Shown: in pieces, positions 22,093-31,635 of the stretch
How positions within the stretch are numbered: the stretch's first letter is position 1
Layout of the letters: every line of letters starts with the position of its first letter
Assembly: GCA_003446015.1 (NCBI GenBank)
Contig: DMBU01000108.1
Location: forward strand, 233-64,232
Reading direction: 5' to 3'
Origin: Bacteroidales bacterium
GTDB lineage: Bacteria; Bacteroidota; Bacteroidia; Bacteroidales; UBA12077
Length of the DNA: 64,000 bases
Position numbers and translations under genes: made by a program
The notes under the pieces: model-generated
Told to the model about the DNA's origin: nothing
The model's database searches: none
The model's input: the letters and a program-made list of their open reading frames with translations, nothing else

Positions 22093-22522
22093 TTGGGCAT
22101 TCCTGCCCGATGATTTAGATTATTTTTATATTAAACAAACTAGAAAGTAACTTATAAGTCTCAACGGGTAAGAATACCCGTTGTACTTGTTGTAAATCTA
22201 AAACAAATAGGTTCTATCAAAGGACAGGCCTGTCTTCGACAGGTAAAAATGTGCATTGTACTGCTGTACATCAGGCATTCTTGCCTGATGAAAAAGTATT
22301 CAGCGTTAACACAAAAGAAGATGTAGTATACTGTTATTTATTACATTGAAAGTGGTTGCAACGGACAGGAATGTCCGTTGTACAAAAAAACAATGGTTGC
22401 AACGGACAAGAATGTCCGTTGTACTTGGTACATCAGGCATTCTTGCCTGATGATTTTCTTGAGCATCTATGTTCGTATTTGAAATTCAACTGTTATTTTT
22501 CAACGCACAGGAATGTGCGTTG
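22093..22522. repeat. array of eight REP/BIME-like stem-loop repeats in both orientations
   Basis: Each unit is a 9-bp stem plus a 4-nt loop around the core CA(G/A)GAATG. Direct copies: 22162-22183, 22359-22380, 22400-22421, 22501-22522. Inverted copies: 22093-22110, 22269-22290, 22431-22452. One degenerate copy at about 22238-22261. Confidence 0.9.
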
Positions 22523-22533
22523 TACTGGCACAT

Positions 22534-22574
22534 AAAAAAACATCCGATGTTTTTGAGGCATCGGATGTTTTTTA
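22534..22574. terminator. bidirectional intrinsic terminator
   Basis: AAAAAAACATCCGATG-tttttgagg-CATCGGATGTTTTTT. Serves the convergent kdsB and lipoprotein genes. Confidence 0.8.
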
Positions 22575-22596
22575 TTAATTATTTATAAAAGGCTAT

Positions 22597-24270
22597 TTAT
22601 TTTGCACTTTCTTTTAATAGTACATTTCCTACTTCCCAAGTTGCAGCACCACCTGTTGTACTTACATATTTGAATGCAATAAAGAAATTTGCTTCGCCAT
22701 CATAAGTTGATAAATCAATATCACCAGAAGCAGCAAAATCCCAAGAGTTTCCAGCAGGGCGCGAGAATCCTGTTAAAGGAGTCCATGTTCCCTGACCTGT
22801 TGGATTGCTTGTTCCATCATAATCTGTTGAAACTAAAACCTGCGCATCATTGTATGATGTTAAAAAGTTAATCGCTTCACGAAGAACCATTGTTACGTTT
22901 GCTTTTCCAGTTAAATCAATTTTTGGAGAAACTAACCAGTCTTCATTAGCCTTGTTTGAACCAGCATAACCGCTCATTTTTGCACAACCATTATCATAAG
23001 TTGCATATACCCATAATTCAGCACCTGTAATACTAAATGCGTTAAACCCACTAATATCCGCTGCAAAATCTTCTTCATAAAAACCTGTCTCAGGAATAAT
23101 GCCAGTTCCATCCATCCAGTAACCTGTTACTGATTTTAATCCAGGGGCGCTAAAATATGATTCTAAACTTCCTAAAAGTTTTACTTGTTTACCTAAGTTT
23201 CCAACATTATCTACTAAGTTTAACGGATTTCGAATATCACCAGCAGGTAGTTGAACGATTAAACAATTTGCAATATCAGTTTCTGCTGCACTGGCAGCAA
23301 TAATCATATTTGAGTTTGTTACAAATGGAGCAGTAAATGAAGCTACATAAGTTGCTGTATTTGTTTCATATACACCCACAATATAACCTTCAACCCAAAC
23401 ACCTGATTGACCTTGGTTAGATATACCTAAAACTACATCGAAAGGGTCATCAAATGTTCCGATACCAGAACCAGTTCCTCCGCCGCCGGTGTTAGTATCA
23501 AATCTTTCATTTGTCATTTCAACTTCGCTTAATTTTCTAATGTAAAGTTGCATATCATTATTGTACTGCCCTACAATAGCAACAATTGAACCACTGCCAT
23601 TTGGTACATTTGAACTTGCAAAAGTTGAATAACCGCTGGTTCTTACAATAATTTGATTATCAGAAGTATCTTGCAACATTCTATTTTCAGTTGCTAAAGT
23701 TTCTGAATTTGCAAATGTATTTGCTGTATCAGAGTCAATAAACTGAATGTTAGAAATCTTAACTAATCTTCCTTGCCAATATGATTTATTTGCTACTATT
23801 TCTTCTATAGTTGCATCTTCGGGAACTCTTTTATTATTTCTTCCCTGTTTAATCAAGTTATCATCAACATTAATACCAGCGCCAGTTACAGAGTTTATCT
23901 GGAAAAGCTCACTATATTTCATTACAATAAGATCTTTCAGATATATCCTGACAGAATCGCCAATATAAACTCCACCAGAAACATCCTGATAACAAGCTAT
24001 TGCAGCTGTAGCATCCTGAATAAAAAATGTACGGTAACTGTTATCTGTTTCATTATCCATAGTAACAGTTGCATAAACGGAAGCATCTTCTTCAAATAAA
24101 TAAGTTCCTGCAGTCAAAAAAGCTTTAACTTGAGCAATTGTATACACATCACCAATAGGAATCTGAGGAACTACAGGTTTGTCGTAATCATCGTCTACAC
24201 ATGCAAACGAGATAGCAACTAATGCAAGCATTAATGCCATAACTTGTGAAAATCTACTAAATTTTTTCAT
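22597..24270 (-). CDS. surface lipoprotein: OB-fold-like N-terminal region (DUF5689-like) plus C-terminal choice-of-anchor-J-like domain
   Basis: 557 aa. Lipobox AISFAC followed by acidic VDDDYD (Bacteroidota surface-export signal). The C-terminus (EDWLVSPKIDL...VSTDYDG...WEVGNVLLK) resembles choice-of-anchor J. Sits immediately downstream of a TonB-dependent receptor. Confidence 0.6.
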   Translation of the reverse strand: MKKFSRFSQVMALMLALVAISFACVDDDYDKPVVPQIPIGDVYTIAQVKAFLTAGTYLFEEDASVYATVTMDNETDNSYRTFFIQDATAAIACYQDVSGGVYIGDSVRIYLKDLIVMKYSELFQINSVTGAGINVDDNLIKQGRNNKRVPEDATIEEIVANKSYWQGRLVKISNIQFIDSDTANTFANSETLATENRMLQDTSDNQIIVRTSGYSTFASSNVPNGSGSIVAIVGQYNNDMQLYIRKLSEVEMTNERFDTNTGGGGTGSGIGTFDDPFDVVLGISNQGQSGVWVEGYIVGVYETNTATYVASFTAPFVTNSNMIIAASAAETDIANCLIVQLPAGDIRNPLNLVDNVGNLGKQVKLLGSLESYFSAPGLKSVTGYWMDGTGIIPETGFYEEDFAADISGFNAFSITGAELWVYATYDNGCAKMSGYAGSNKANEDWLVSPKIDLTGKANVTMVLREAINFLTSYNDAQVLVSTDYDGTSNPTGQGTWTPLTGFSRPAGNSWDFAASGDIDLSTYDGEANFFIAFKYVSTTGGAATWEVGNVLLKESAK

Positions 24271-24295
24271 GATATTTATTTTTTATTTTTTCTAA

Positions 24296-27007
24296 TTAAA
24301 AACTAAAGGTCAATATTAACATATACGTTCTTCCATACATATAATAATAATATGAAGGAAATTTTTCAAGGTCATGATTTTCATAATCAAACCTTAACTG
24401 CTCATATCCTCCTGTAATTATTTCCTGATTATCCAGAACATTATTTACTGTTGCAAATAAACTAAGGTAATACTTATCGAATCGCCATGATTTACCTGCT
24501 TTCAAATTCAATGTAAATGAACTTGGTAGTTTTTCCTGGCTTAAAATATCGCTTGCAAGGTCAGAATTTATGTCAACACCTTCAACCGCTAATGAAGTTC
24601 TTCGTGCGGGGTTAAAACTCAGGTAAGTATTATCGAAGTAATTAATATCTCCTGAAACCCACCATCCTTTCGGTGCTCTGTATTCAGCTCCAAAAGAAAG
24701 AGCTGTTTGAGGTGTTCCATCAACCCTGTAATCTTGCACATAAACTGTTTCGTTTGTTGCAATTGACTCTGAATTATTATCTCTTGAAATACTAACATTT
24801 GGGCGTGAGCTATAAGTAAATTGGCCAAGTGATGCAGCAGCAGAAAGAGTTATTGTTGATGTTACTTTACCTTCGAGTCCTAACTCAATACCAATGTGTT
24901 CTTTATCCATTCCTGTAATAGCATAGTTTACAAAATTTCTATATCCATCGTGATAAAAACTCATCACATCTGTTTGATCTTTAAAAGTGGTGTAATATGC
25001 TGAGAATCTACCTGTAATATATGGTAATCGGGCTAAATAATTCACATCAAAACTCATTATTTTCTCGTCGGTTAAACCATCAACCAACTGATCACGAGTT
25101 CGAGGAGAAACATAGGCATCATCAAAATATGGTGCTCGTGTTACATAAGCTCCATTTGCATAAACAATATGTCGACCGGTTATTTTATAGGTAAGTCCAC
25201 CGTTAATGTTGTAATTTAAGAACGATTGTTTTTCAGAATCACCGTATGAGTTATCAGGAAATTTACCTACTCTCATATTACCTGTCCGGTTAAAAGAGGT
25301 GTTTGATAATCCAAGTCCCAAATATAAATCCAAATTATCGATGGTATAATCTGCTTTTACCAAGCCGCCTATTCGATCAATATTTGCATCGTAATCATAA
25401 CCAAACACATCGCCTACGCGTGCTATTCTATTTGGGTTATTTAAATCACTTTGCAACTGATCAGGATTGTCGACATCTCCTTCGGCAAACTTGTCAATAT
25501 CATACCAGAATTCACCGCCGAGTAAGTCGCTTACTTCTTTAAAATGACGTCCTGTATAATTTGTATAACTAACATTTGCCAAAACATTAAAATCCTGATT
25601 TATTTCGTAATTAAATTTCATGTTAGCAGAAATCTGTGAATGATCAATACGTCGATCTTCAATCATATATTTTGAACGAATTCCAAGATAATCGTTCCCT
25701 TCAATTCCATCAAGATCTTCTACAAGATAATATTCATCGCTGTTTGCCTGATACATTGCATCCCAATCAATATGTCTGCTTACCCAACCAACTGAAGGGT
25801 CATCACTGTTATGTGGCAAATATTTATAATATGTAGGTCTCGGATCTCTTGCATCACCCCAGTTTAATGCGGTACCACCATCTCTTCCGAAAGAATACGA
25901 GACAGAAGTGTTCAAATCCATTTTTTCATTTATATTCCATAAATGATTTAACATGATGTAAGGTTTCATCGTATTAGCAACCCTGGCGTTTCGAACCTCT
26001 CCATCCTGATAACCCCAGTTTGCATTATAATAATTGTCGTCTTCTAAATCATATATTTCTTGAGGCGCTCCTGCAGATTTTCCTCTTTTGTTTGGAGTGA
26101 CAAATGCCGTTAAAGAAATCGACTGATTTTCGTTAATCACTTTCTCGGCTGCAATAAAATAAGCCCAGGCATCATAAAAGGTTCCTTCGACATATCCTTC
26201 TTCGGCCCAACGATGAGAACCTGATACGGTAAACGCCCAGTTATTTTCCATTAAACCTGTAGAAGCTGTTGCCATTACCCTGTTCCTATAATTACTTATG
26301 GTGGACATATAAGAAAGCTTTACTCCAGGCCTGTATTCAGAAGCTCTTGTAAGAAGATTTGCTCCACCTCCAAGATAAGATAAGGATAGGTCGTTATTAT
26401 CCTGGCCAAAATAAATTTCTTTATTACGAAGCACATCATTCAGACCTCCCCAATCGGAATATTTGGCTCTACCGGTTTCTAAATCATTCATTTCAATTCC
26501 ATTGAAATAAATCGCAGTGTTTTCAGAATCATATCCCCTGGCTCTAAAACGAACAGCACCAAAAGTATAGGCAGCAATTTCGGAGAAAACATCATCTGAA
26601 GACTGCAATAATCCACTCATTGCCTGAGAACTCTCTTCTTCAAGATCCGATTCCTCTAATACAACCATTGGTAAGTCGACAGAAACGTCATTATACGTAA
26701 AAACCAATTCAACAGACCCAATGTTTCCAACTTCATTCTCATTCAATTGAAATTCCAGCTCTTTTGATTCATATCCATACCCGGTAAAAATTAATGTTCC
26801 AACTCCTACAGGAACATTTTCTAAAATAAATTCTCCTTTGCCATCGGTATTCGCTTCAATAGATGTTCCGTTTACCTGTACAGATATTCCTTCGACAGGT
26901 TTTGAGGTTTTGCTATCAATTAATTTACCCTGAACAGAACCAGTCTGAGCCAGAGATGAAAAAGCGAAAAACAACGAGAGAACAAAAAATAATGCAAGAT
27001 GTCTCAT
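24296..27007 (-). CDS. TonB-dependent outer-membrane receptor with a CarboxypepD_reg N-domain
   Basis: 903 aa. Signal peptide, GSVQGKLIDSKTSKPVEGISVQVNG, plug region, and a long beta-barrel ending in an aromatic residue (TFSF). Confidence 0.9.
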   Translation of the reverse strand: MRHLALFFVLSLFFAFSSLAQTGSVQGKLIDSKTSKPVEGISVQVNGTSIEANTDGKGEFILENVPVGVGTLIFTGYGYESKELEFQLNENEVGNIGSVELVFTYNDVSVDLPMVVLEESDLEEESSQAMSGLLQSSDDVFSEIAAYTFGAVRFRARGYDSENTAIYFNGIEMNDLETGRAKYSDWGGLNDVLRNKEIYFGQDNNDLSLSYLGGGANLLTRASEYRPGVKLSYMSTISNYRNRVMATASTGLMENNWAFTVSGSHRWAEEGYVEGTFYDAWAYFIAAEKVINENQSISLTAFVTPNKRGKSAGAPQEIYDLEDDNYYNANWGYQDGEVRNARVANTMKPYIMLNHLWNINEKMDLNTSVSYSFGRDGGTALNWGDARDPRPTYYKYLPHNSDDPSVGWVSRHIDWDAMYQANSDEYYLVEDLDGIEGNDYLGIRSKYMIEDRRIDHSQISANMKFNYEINQDFNVLANVSYTNYTGRHFKEVSDLLGGEFWYDIDKFAEGDVDNPDQLQSDLNNPNRIARVGDVFGYDYDANIDRIGGLVKADYTIDNLDLYLGLGLSNTSFNRTGNMRVGKFPDNSYGDSEKQSFLNYNINGGLTYKITGRHIVYANGAYVTRAPYFDDAYVSPRTRDQLVDGLTDEKIMSFDVNYLARLPYITGRFSAYYTTFKDQTDVMSFYHDGYRNFVNYAITGMDKEHIGIELGLEGKVTSTITLSAAASLGQFTYSSRPNVSISRDNNSESIATNETVYVQDYRVDGTPQTALSFGAEYRAPKGWWVSGDINYFDNTYLSFNPARRTSLAVEGVDINSDLASDILSQEKLPSSFTLNLKAGKSWRFDKYYLSLFATVNNVLDNQEIITGGYEQLRFDYENHDLEKFPSYYYYMYGRTYMLILTFSF

Positions 27008-27166
27008 ATGTTTAGGTTAGTTAAATAGTTAGATTGTTTAATTTTCACAATATCTCAGGCTTAAAAAACAACCTTAATTTTAAGGTGAGGGAGGTAAAAA
27101 TACACACTAAGTTTTTAACTTCCGAAAATTTTTCATACAATTACCAACAAATTATAAATCAATACT

Positions 27167-28222
27167 ATGAAACAGAATAATATTACAATTAAGGCCTGTA
27201 TTTTGGTGGTTTTTTCTTTTGCGATGTATGCATTCAATTTAACCGCTCAGGAAAAAAAATATAAAGTTGCTACTATTGCATTTTATAATCTGGAAAATTT
27301 ATTTGACACATTAGATACTCCGGATAAAAATGATTTAGAATATACTCCTGAAGGATTAAAAAAATGGGATAGTAAAAAGTACATCTCAAAACAAGAAAAC
27401 ATGTCGAATGTAATTGCTCAAATAGGAGCTGATTTAACTAAAACAGCACCAGCAATTATTGGTGTTTCGGAAATAGAAAACCGATTAGTGCTTGAAGATC
27501 TAATAAAAATGACTGCTTTGAAAAATTACAACTATGAAATAGTGCATTATGAATCACCAGACAAAAGAGGTGTTGATGTTGGCTTATTGTATCAAGCATC
27601 GATGTTTAAAGTTACCAATACAAGATCGGCTACATTAAAAATTGAAGGCAGAGATGATTTTTTCACTCGTGATCAATTAGTTGTTTCAGGTATCCTGGAT
27701 GGAGAAATGATTCATATAATTGTAAATCACTGGCCATCTCGGAGTGGAGGAGAAAAAAGAAGTTTGCCATTGAGAAATGCTGCTGCTGATTTAACCCGAT
27801 CGATTGCAGATTCAATATTTGCTGAAGATGAAAATGCTAAAATTATTATTATGGGTGATTTAAATGATGACCCTATCAATGAAAGTTTACTTAAACATTT
27901 AAAAGCCAAGAAAGATGAAAAGAGTACCCATAAAGGAGAATTATATAATGCAACTTATCCATTATTTCAGAAGGGAATTGGTACTCTGGCATACAGGGAT
28001 AAATGGAATTTATTTGATCAAATGGTAGTTTCATATGATTTACTTGGTGATGACAAAACAAGCTTTAAACTTTATAAAACACTAATTTTTGATAAGGACT
28101 TTATTAAAGAAGAAAGTGGTTCATTTAAAGGATATCCTAAACGCACACACGCCGGAGGAGTCTATAAAAATGGATACAGCGATCACTTTCCTGTTTATTT
28201 ATATCTTATTAAAGAACTATAA
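27167..28222 (+). CDS. secreted endonuclease/exonuclease/phosphatase (EEP) family protein
   Basis: 351 aa. Signal peptide, FYNLENLFD near the N-terminus, IIMGDLND, and C-terminal YSDHFPV. Confidence 0.85.
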   Translation: MKQNNITIKACILVVFSFAMYAFNLTAQEKKYKVATIAFYNLENLFDTLDTPDKNDLEYTPEGLKKWDSKKYISKQENMSNVIAQIGADLTKTAPAIIGVSEIENRLVLEDLIKMTALKNYNYEIVHYESPDKRGVDVGLLYQASMFKVTNTRSATLKIEGRDDFFTRDQLVVSGILDGEMIHIIVNHWPSRSGGEKRSLPLRNAAADLTRSIADSIFAEDENAKIIIMGDLNDDPINESLLKHLKAKKDEKSTHKGELYNATYPLFQKGIGTLAYRDKWNLFDQMVVSYDLLGDDKTSFKLYKTLIFDKDFIKEESGSFKGYPKRTHAGGVYKNGYSDHFPVYLYLIKEL

Positions 28223-28241
28223 ATTTTATTTGCATTTTTGG

Positions 28242-28276
28242 AAAAGGGAATCGGATTAATGATTCCCTTTTTATTT
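28242..28276 (+). terminator. intrinsic terminator after the EEP gene
   Basis: AGGGAATC-ggattaat-GATTCCCT followed by TTTTATTTT. Confidence 0.75.
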
Positions 28277-28379
28277 TATCAACATTTTTTAAATACTCGT
28301 AAAAATATTTTGACAGATCATAAAAGAAATTGTAACTTCATGTAAATTTTAATTAATATTGAAATAAAAGATTTAAAAA

Positions 28380-28937
28380 ATGGAAGTTAAAGGAACTGCT
28401 GTTAAATCAATAAAAGATTTTGTTGATAGCAAATATAAGGCTCAGTACAACAATTGGATTCAAACGATGCCGGAATCGTCGCAAACAATTATGAACAATG
28501 CGATATTTGCAAATAACTGGTATCCGATGAAAGATGCAGCAGTTGAACCAACCAAGGCAATCGCAAAAATGTTTTATAATAATGACATTAAGAAAGCTGC
28601 ATTGGAGGCCGGACATTTTAGTGCAGAACAAGGATTAAAAGGTGTTTACAAGATTTTTGTACGAATTGCTTCACCCAATTATATCATGGAAAGAGCCGGC
28701 AGAGTTTTTACTTCTTATTATAGTCCTTCGGATATTAAAGTTTTAAATAAACACGACAATGGATTAACCTTGCATATCACAAAATTCCCTGAACCTGAAG
28801 AAGTTATTGAATATAGGATTGCAGGTTGGTGTGAAAGAGCTTTAGAGTTTACAAATTGTAAAAACGTAAAGGCTAATATCACTAAATCATTAAGAAATGG
28901 TGATGCGTTAACAGAAATTGTTATTACCTGGAATTAA
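28380..28937 (+). CDS. hypothetical protein, possibly DUF2378/TIGR02265-like
   Basis: 185 aa, cytoplasmic, monocistronic between two terminators. Pattern IMERAGRVFTSYY...TEIVITWN recalls the DUF2378 family (assigned from memory, not searched). Confidence 0.5.
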   Translation: MEVKGTAVKSIKDFVDSKYKAQYNNWIQTMPESSQTIMNNAIFANNWYPMKDAAVEPTKAIAKMFYNNDIKKAALEAGHFSAEQGLKGVYKIFVRIASPNYIMERAGRVFTSYYSPSDIKVLNKHDNGLTLHITKFPEPEEVIEYRIAGWCERALEFTNCKNVKANITKSLRNGDALTEIVITWN

Positions 28938-28976
28938 ATGTTGTTGATTTAAGTTATAATTTGATTTTTACTTGCT

Positions 28977-29006
28977 AAAAAAGATCAGCCATGGCTGATC
29001 TTTTTT
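28977..29006. terminator. bidirectional intrinsic terminator
   Basis: AAAAAAGATCAGCC-AT-GGCTGATCTTTTTT. Confidence 0.8.
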
Positions 29007-29036
29007 GGTTTAATACCGTTAACATTTATTAAGGAT

Positions 29037-29138
29037 CTGGTTTAAACTATGTAGGGCTGAAGCCCAACAATGTTAGTATTTCTAAAACCCCAGCCTTAAG
29101 GCTGGGGTTTTACATTCTACAATGCTATTTTAAACCAG
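29037..29138. repeat. composite GC-rich hairpin element (copy 2) with 10-bp terminal inverted repeats
   Basis: Terminal inverted repeats CTGGTTTAAA (29037-29046) and TTTAAACCAG (29129-29138). They enclose GGGCTGAAGCCC (29054-29065) and AAAACCCCAGCCTTAAGGCTGGGGTTTT (29084-29111). Confidence 0.75.
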
Positions 29139-29146
29139 AGCCTTAA

Positions 29147-31564
29147 TTAAAACTGTACAATTATCCCGATTGATGGCAATACTGTGCCAGCTCCATCACT
29201 TACAATAGTTTTCATTAAATATCTTTCAGGATTTGAAGGATCTACAATAAAATCTCCATTTGCATCAGATTGGGGAATATATTTATCGGGCTCATCGGAT
29301 TTGAAATTGTAAACATTCTGTATATCTAAATAAACCATTAAAGACCATTTATTATAAAAGAACTGCTTATCAATTCTTATGTCGAGCTGATGAAAAGGAT
29401 CAAGGCGAACAGAATTTAATTGAGCATAATCTAAATATTCTCTACCACGAGCATTCCATGCAGATATTAAACTTGTTTTATCTGTATCAAAAGGAGTGTA
29501 AGGCGATCCGCCAACAAAACGCCATTTAAATCCAAGTTGCCAATTTCGCTTGAAATCGCGGGTTACCGTTAGGTTTAATAGATGTTTATTATCCCAGGAT
29601 GTAGAAACATAATCAGATGTCAGGCTTAAATCTTTATTAAATCTTTTAAACTGGCTTCTAACCAAGGTATATGAGAGTACAATATTAAATCCCCATAAAT
29701 CCCGGTCACGAGCCAATAGTTCAGCCCCATATGACTGTCCTTCGGCGATGGACAAGACTTCTTCGTCGCCAAACGTGCCATAGTCGGTGCCCTTATTTGC
29801 TAATGAAACAGAATCATTTACAGAAAAAGGATAATCTCGATAAAATTTATAAAATCCTTCCAAAGAAATTACACTTTGATTGTTAGGCAAATATTCAAGT
29901 CCGGCAACTAACTGATCAACCGAAATGTATTTTAATCCATTATCTTTATTCAGCAAATCGCCTGCAATGTTACTGAATCCGAGTGTGGTATATGCAGGCA
30001 ATTGATAGTAACGACCTGCATTAAAGTTAAGCGAAAAATCAGGTTTTATTTTGTAAGAAGCTGAAATTCTGGGAGAAAACTGATCAATTAGATTTGTCAT
30101 ACTTGACGAATAACTATTGGCATCTGCACGCACACCTAGTGAAAGTGCTAATTTATTTTGAAAGTACTCCTTGCTTATTTGTCCAAATACCGACCACTTC
30201 CACAGATTTAAATCTGTACTATAATCTACAATGAAAGGATCAGTACCCACAAACTCTTTTCGGAAGGTGCTATTTGTATATTGTGCATATTCAATTCCTG
30301 CTCCTACATTAATCTTAAATCCATTATCAGTTCTTGTTGTATTCTCATACCTAAATTTATTTTCGGCTTCGGTTGATACATAATCAAAGGTTTTTAATGA
30401 ATCAACTTCGATATTATCCTGAAATTTATACGAGGTATTATTTAAGAAACTCCGGCTTATAACCCAGGTGTCGTAGCTTTTCTCTTTGTAATGTTTAAAC
30501 ACAGCCCCTAGTGTATAACTCCACTGTTCATTTACAGGTAAATAATTTAAAATGTATTGTTGATCTTCGGTTTCATTCGCTTTTAAATTCAAATCGAACT
30601 GATCAAGTGCTCCTAATCCAATTAATGTTAACTCGTTTTTTTCATTAAACCGGGTTTTCGTTTTAAACTGGATATCGTTATAAGTTGGAAGAAAAGGCAA
30701 CTGTAAAGCAGAAAATAAAAGTTGCAAATATGACCGCCGAGCTGAAAATATGAAAGTTGATTTTTCTCCAATTGGTCCGTCTAAAATCAGTGCAACTTCT
30801 GATGCTCCCAGGGTTCCCTGTACTTCAAGCTTTTCAGAGTTTCCATCTTTTTGCTTAAATTCTAATACTGAGCTTAGTGCATCACCACGATTTGCCGGGA
30901 ATGCTCCTGAGTAAAAGTTTACTTCGCGAATAAAATCAACATTAATAATTCCAACCGGGCCACCAGAAGCACCTTGAGTGGCAAAATGGTTAATATTTGG
31001 AATCTCAACATCATCTAGGTAAAATGAGTTTTCGCTTGGTCCACCACCACGCACAATAACATCATTTCGTTGAACCGGAGTAGAAGCTACACCCGGGAAA
31101 GATTGAATTACCTTGGAAATATCACGATTCGCCCCGGGACTTCTTTCGATATCCTGAACCCCAATAACACGCAGTGAAACAGGACTTTCTTCTGTTTTTC
31201 TGAAAGGCGAAGGTTTAACAACAACTTCTTCCAAAGCAATACTAGTCTCAATTAAAGGAATATCAATATTAACCAGTTTTGCGTTGGTTACCATCATATC
31301 CGGAGAAACATAGGTTTCAAAACCCACTGCCGAAACCTGTAGTTTTATGAATCCAGGCTTTACTCCCACGAATTTAAACTCTCCCTCAAAATTAGATGCA
31401 ACACCAATATTGGTTTGAAAAAGAACCACATTTGCAAACGGAACAGGTTCGTTGTTCTTTGCATTATAAATCCGTCCCTGAATAATTCCATTATCAGATC
31501 GTTGAGCAAATGCGAGGTTTAAACTATAAAAAAACAATATGGTAAGACTTAACTTTTTAATCAT
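29147..31564 (-). CDS. TonB-dependent receptor with a CarboxypepD_reg N-domain
   Basis: 805 aa. Signal peptide, GIIQGRIYNAKNNEPVPFANVVL, plug region, and a barrel ending IIVQF. Confidence 0.88.
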   Translation of the reverse strand: MIKKLSLTILFFYSLNLAFAQRSDNGIIQGRIYNAKNNEPVPFANVVLFQTNIGVASNFEGEFKFVGVKPGFIKLQVSAVGFETYVSPDMMVTNAKLVNIDIPLIETSIALEEVVVKPSPFRKTEESPVSLRVIGVQDIERSPGANRDISKVIQSFPGVASTPVQRNDVIVRGGGPSENSFYLDDVEIPNINHFATQGASGGPVGIINVDFIREVNFYSGAFPANRGDALSSVLEFKQKDGNSEKLEVQGTLGASEVALILDGPIGEKSTFIFSARRSYLQLLFSALQLPFLPTYNDIQFKTKTRFNEKNELTLIGLGALDQFDLNLKANETEDQQYILNYLPVNEQWSYTLGAVFKHYKEKSYDTWVISRSFLNNTSYKFQDNIEVDSLKTFDYVSTEAENKFRYENTTRTDNGFKINVGAGIEYAQYTNSTFRKEFVGTDPFIVDYSTDLNLWKWSVFGQISKEYFQNKLALSLGVRADANSYSSSMTNLIDQFSPRISASYKIKPDFSLNFNAGRYYQLPAYTTLGFSNIAGDLLNKDNGLKYISVDQLVAGLEYLPNNQSVISLEGFYKFYRDYPFSVNDSVSLANKGTDYGTFGDEEVLSIAEGQSYGAELLARDRDLWGFNIVLSYTLVRSQFKRFNKDLSLTSDYVSTSWDNKHLLNLTVTRDFKRNWQLGFKWRFVGGSPYTPFDTDKTSLISAWNARGREYLDYAQLNSVRLDPFHQLDIRIDKQFFYNKWSLMVYLDIQNVYNFKSDEPDKYIPQSDANGDFIVDPSNPERYLMKTIVSDGAGTVLPSIGIIVQF

Positions 31565-31635
31565 TCTTCTTGTTTTGAGATTATGTGTTTTTTTTAAACA
31601 AAAAGAACAGGTAAAAGTTCGCAGAAGTTTAAAAA

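Noticed and set aside
22093-22522. Could the repeat array be a CRISPR array?
   Set aside because: The units are 22-nt perfect hairpins present in both orientations, with irregular spacers of 6-100 nt. Their stems differ between copies, and there are no cas genes or leader. This fits REP/BIME-like elements, not CRISPR.
31565-31635. Cobalamin riboswitch upstream of the 805-aa TonB receptor, or upstream of metH at 9071-9209
   Set aside because: Both spacers are far shorter than a B12 aptamer, and no B12-box-like sequence is visible.
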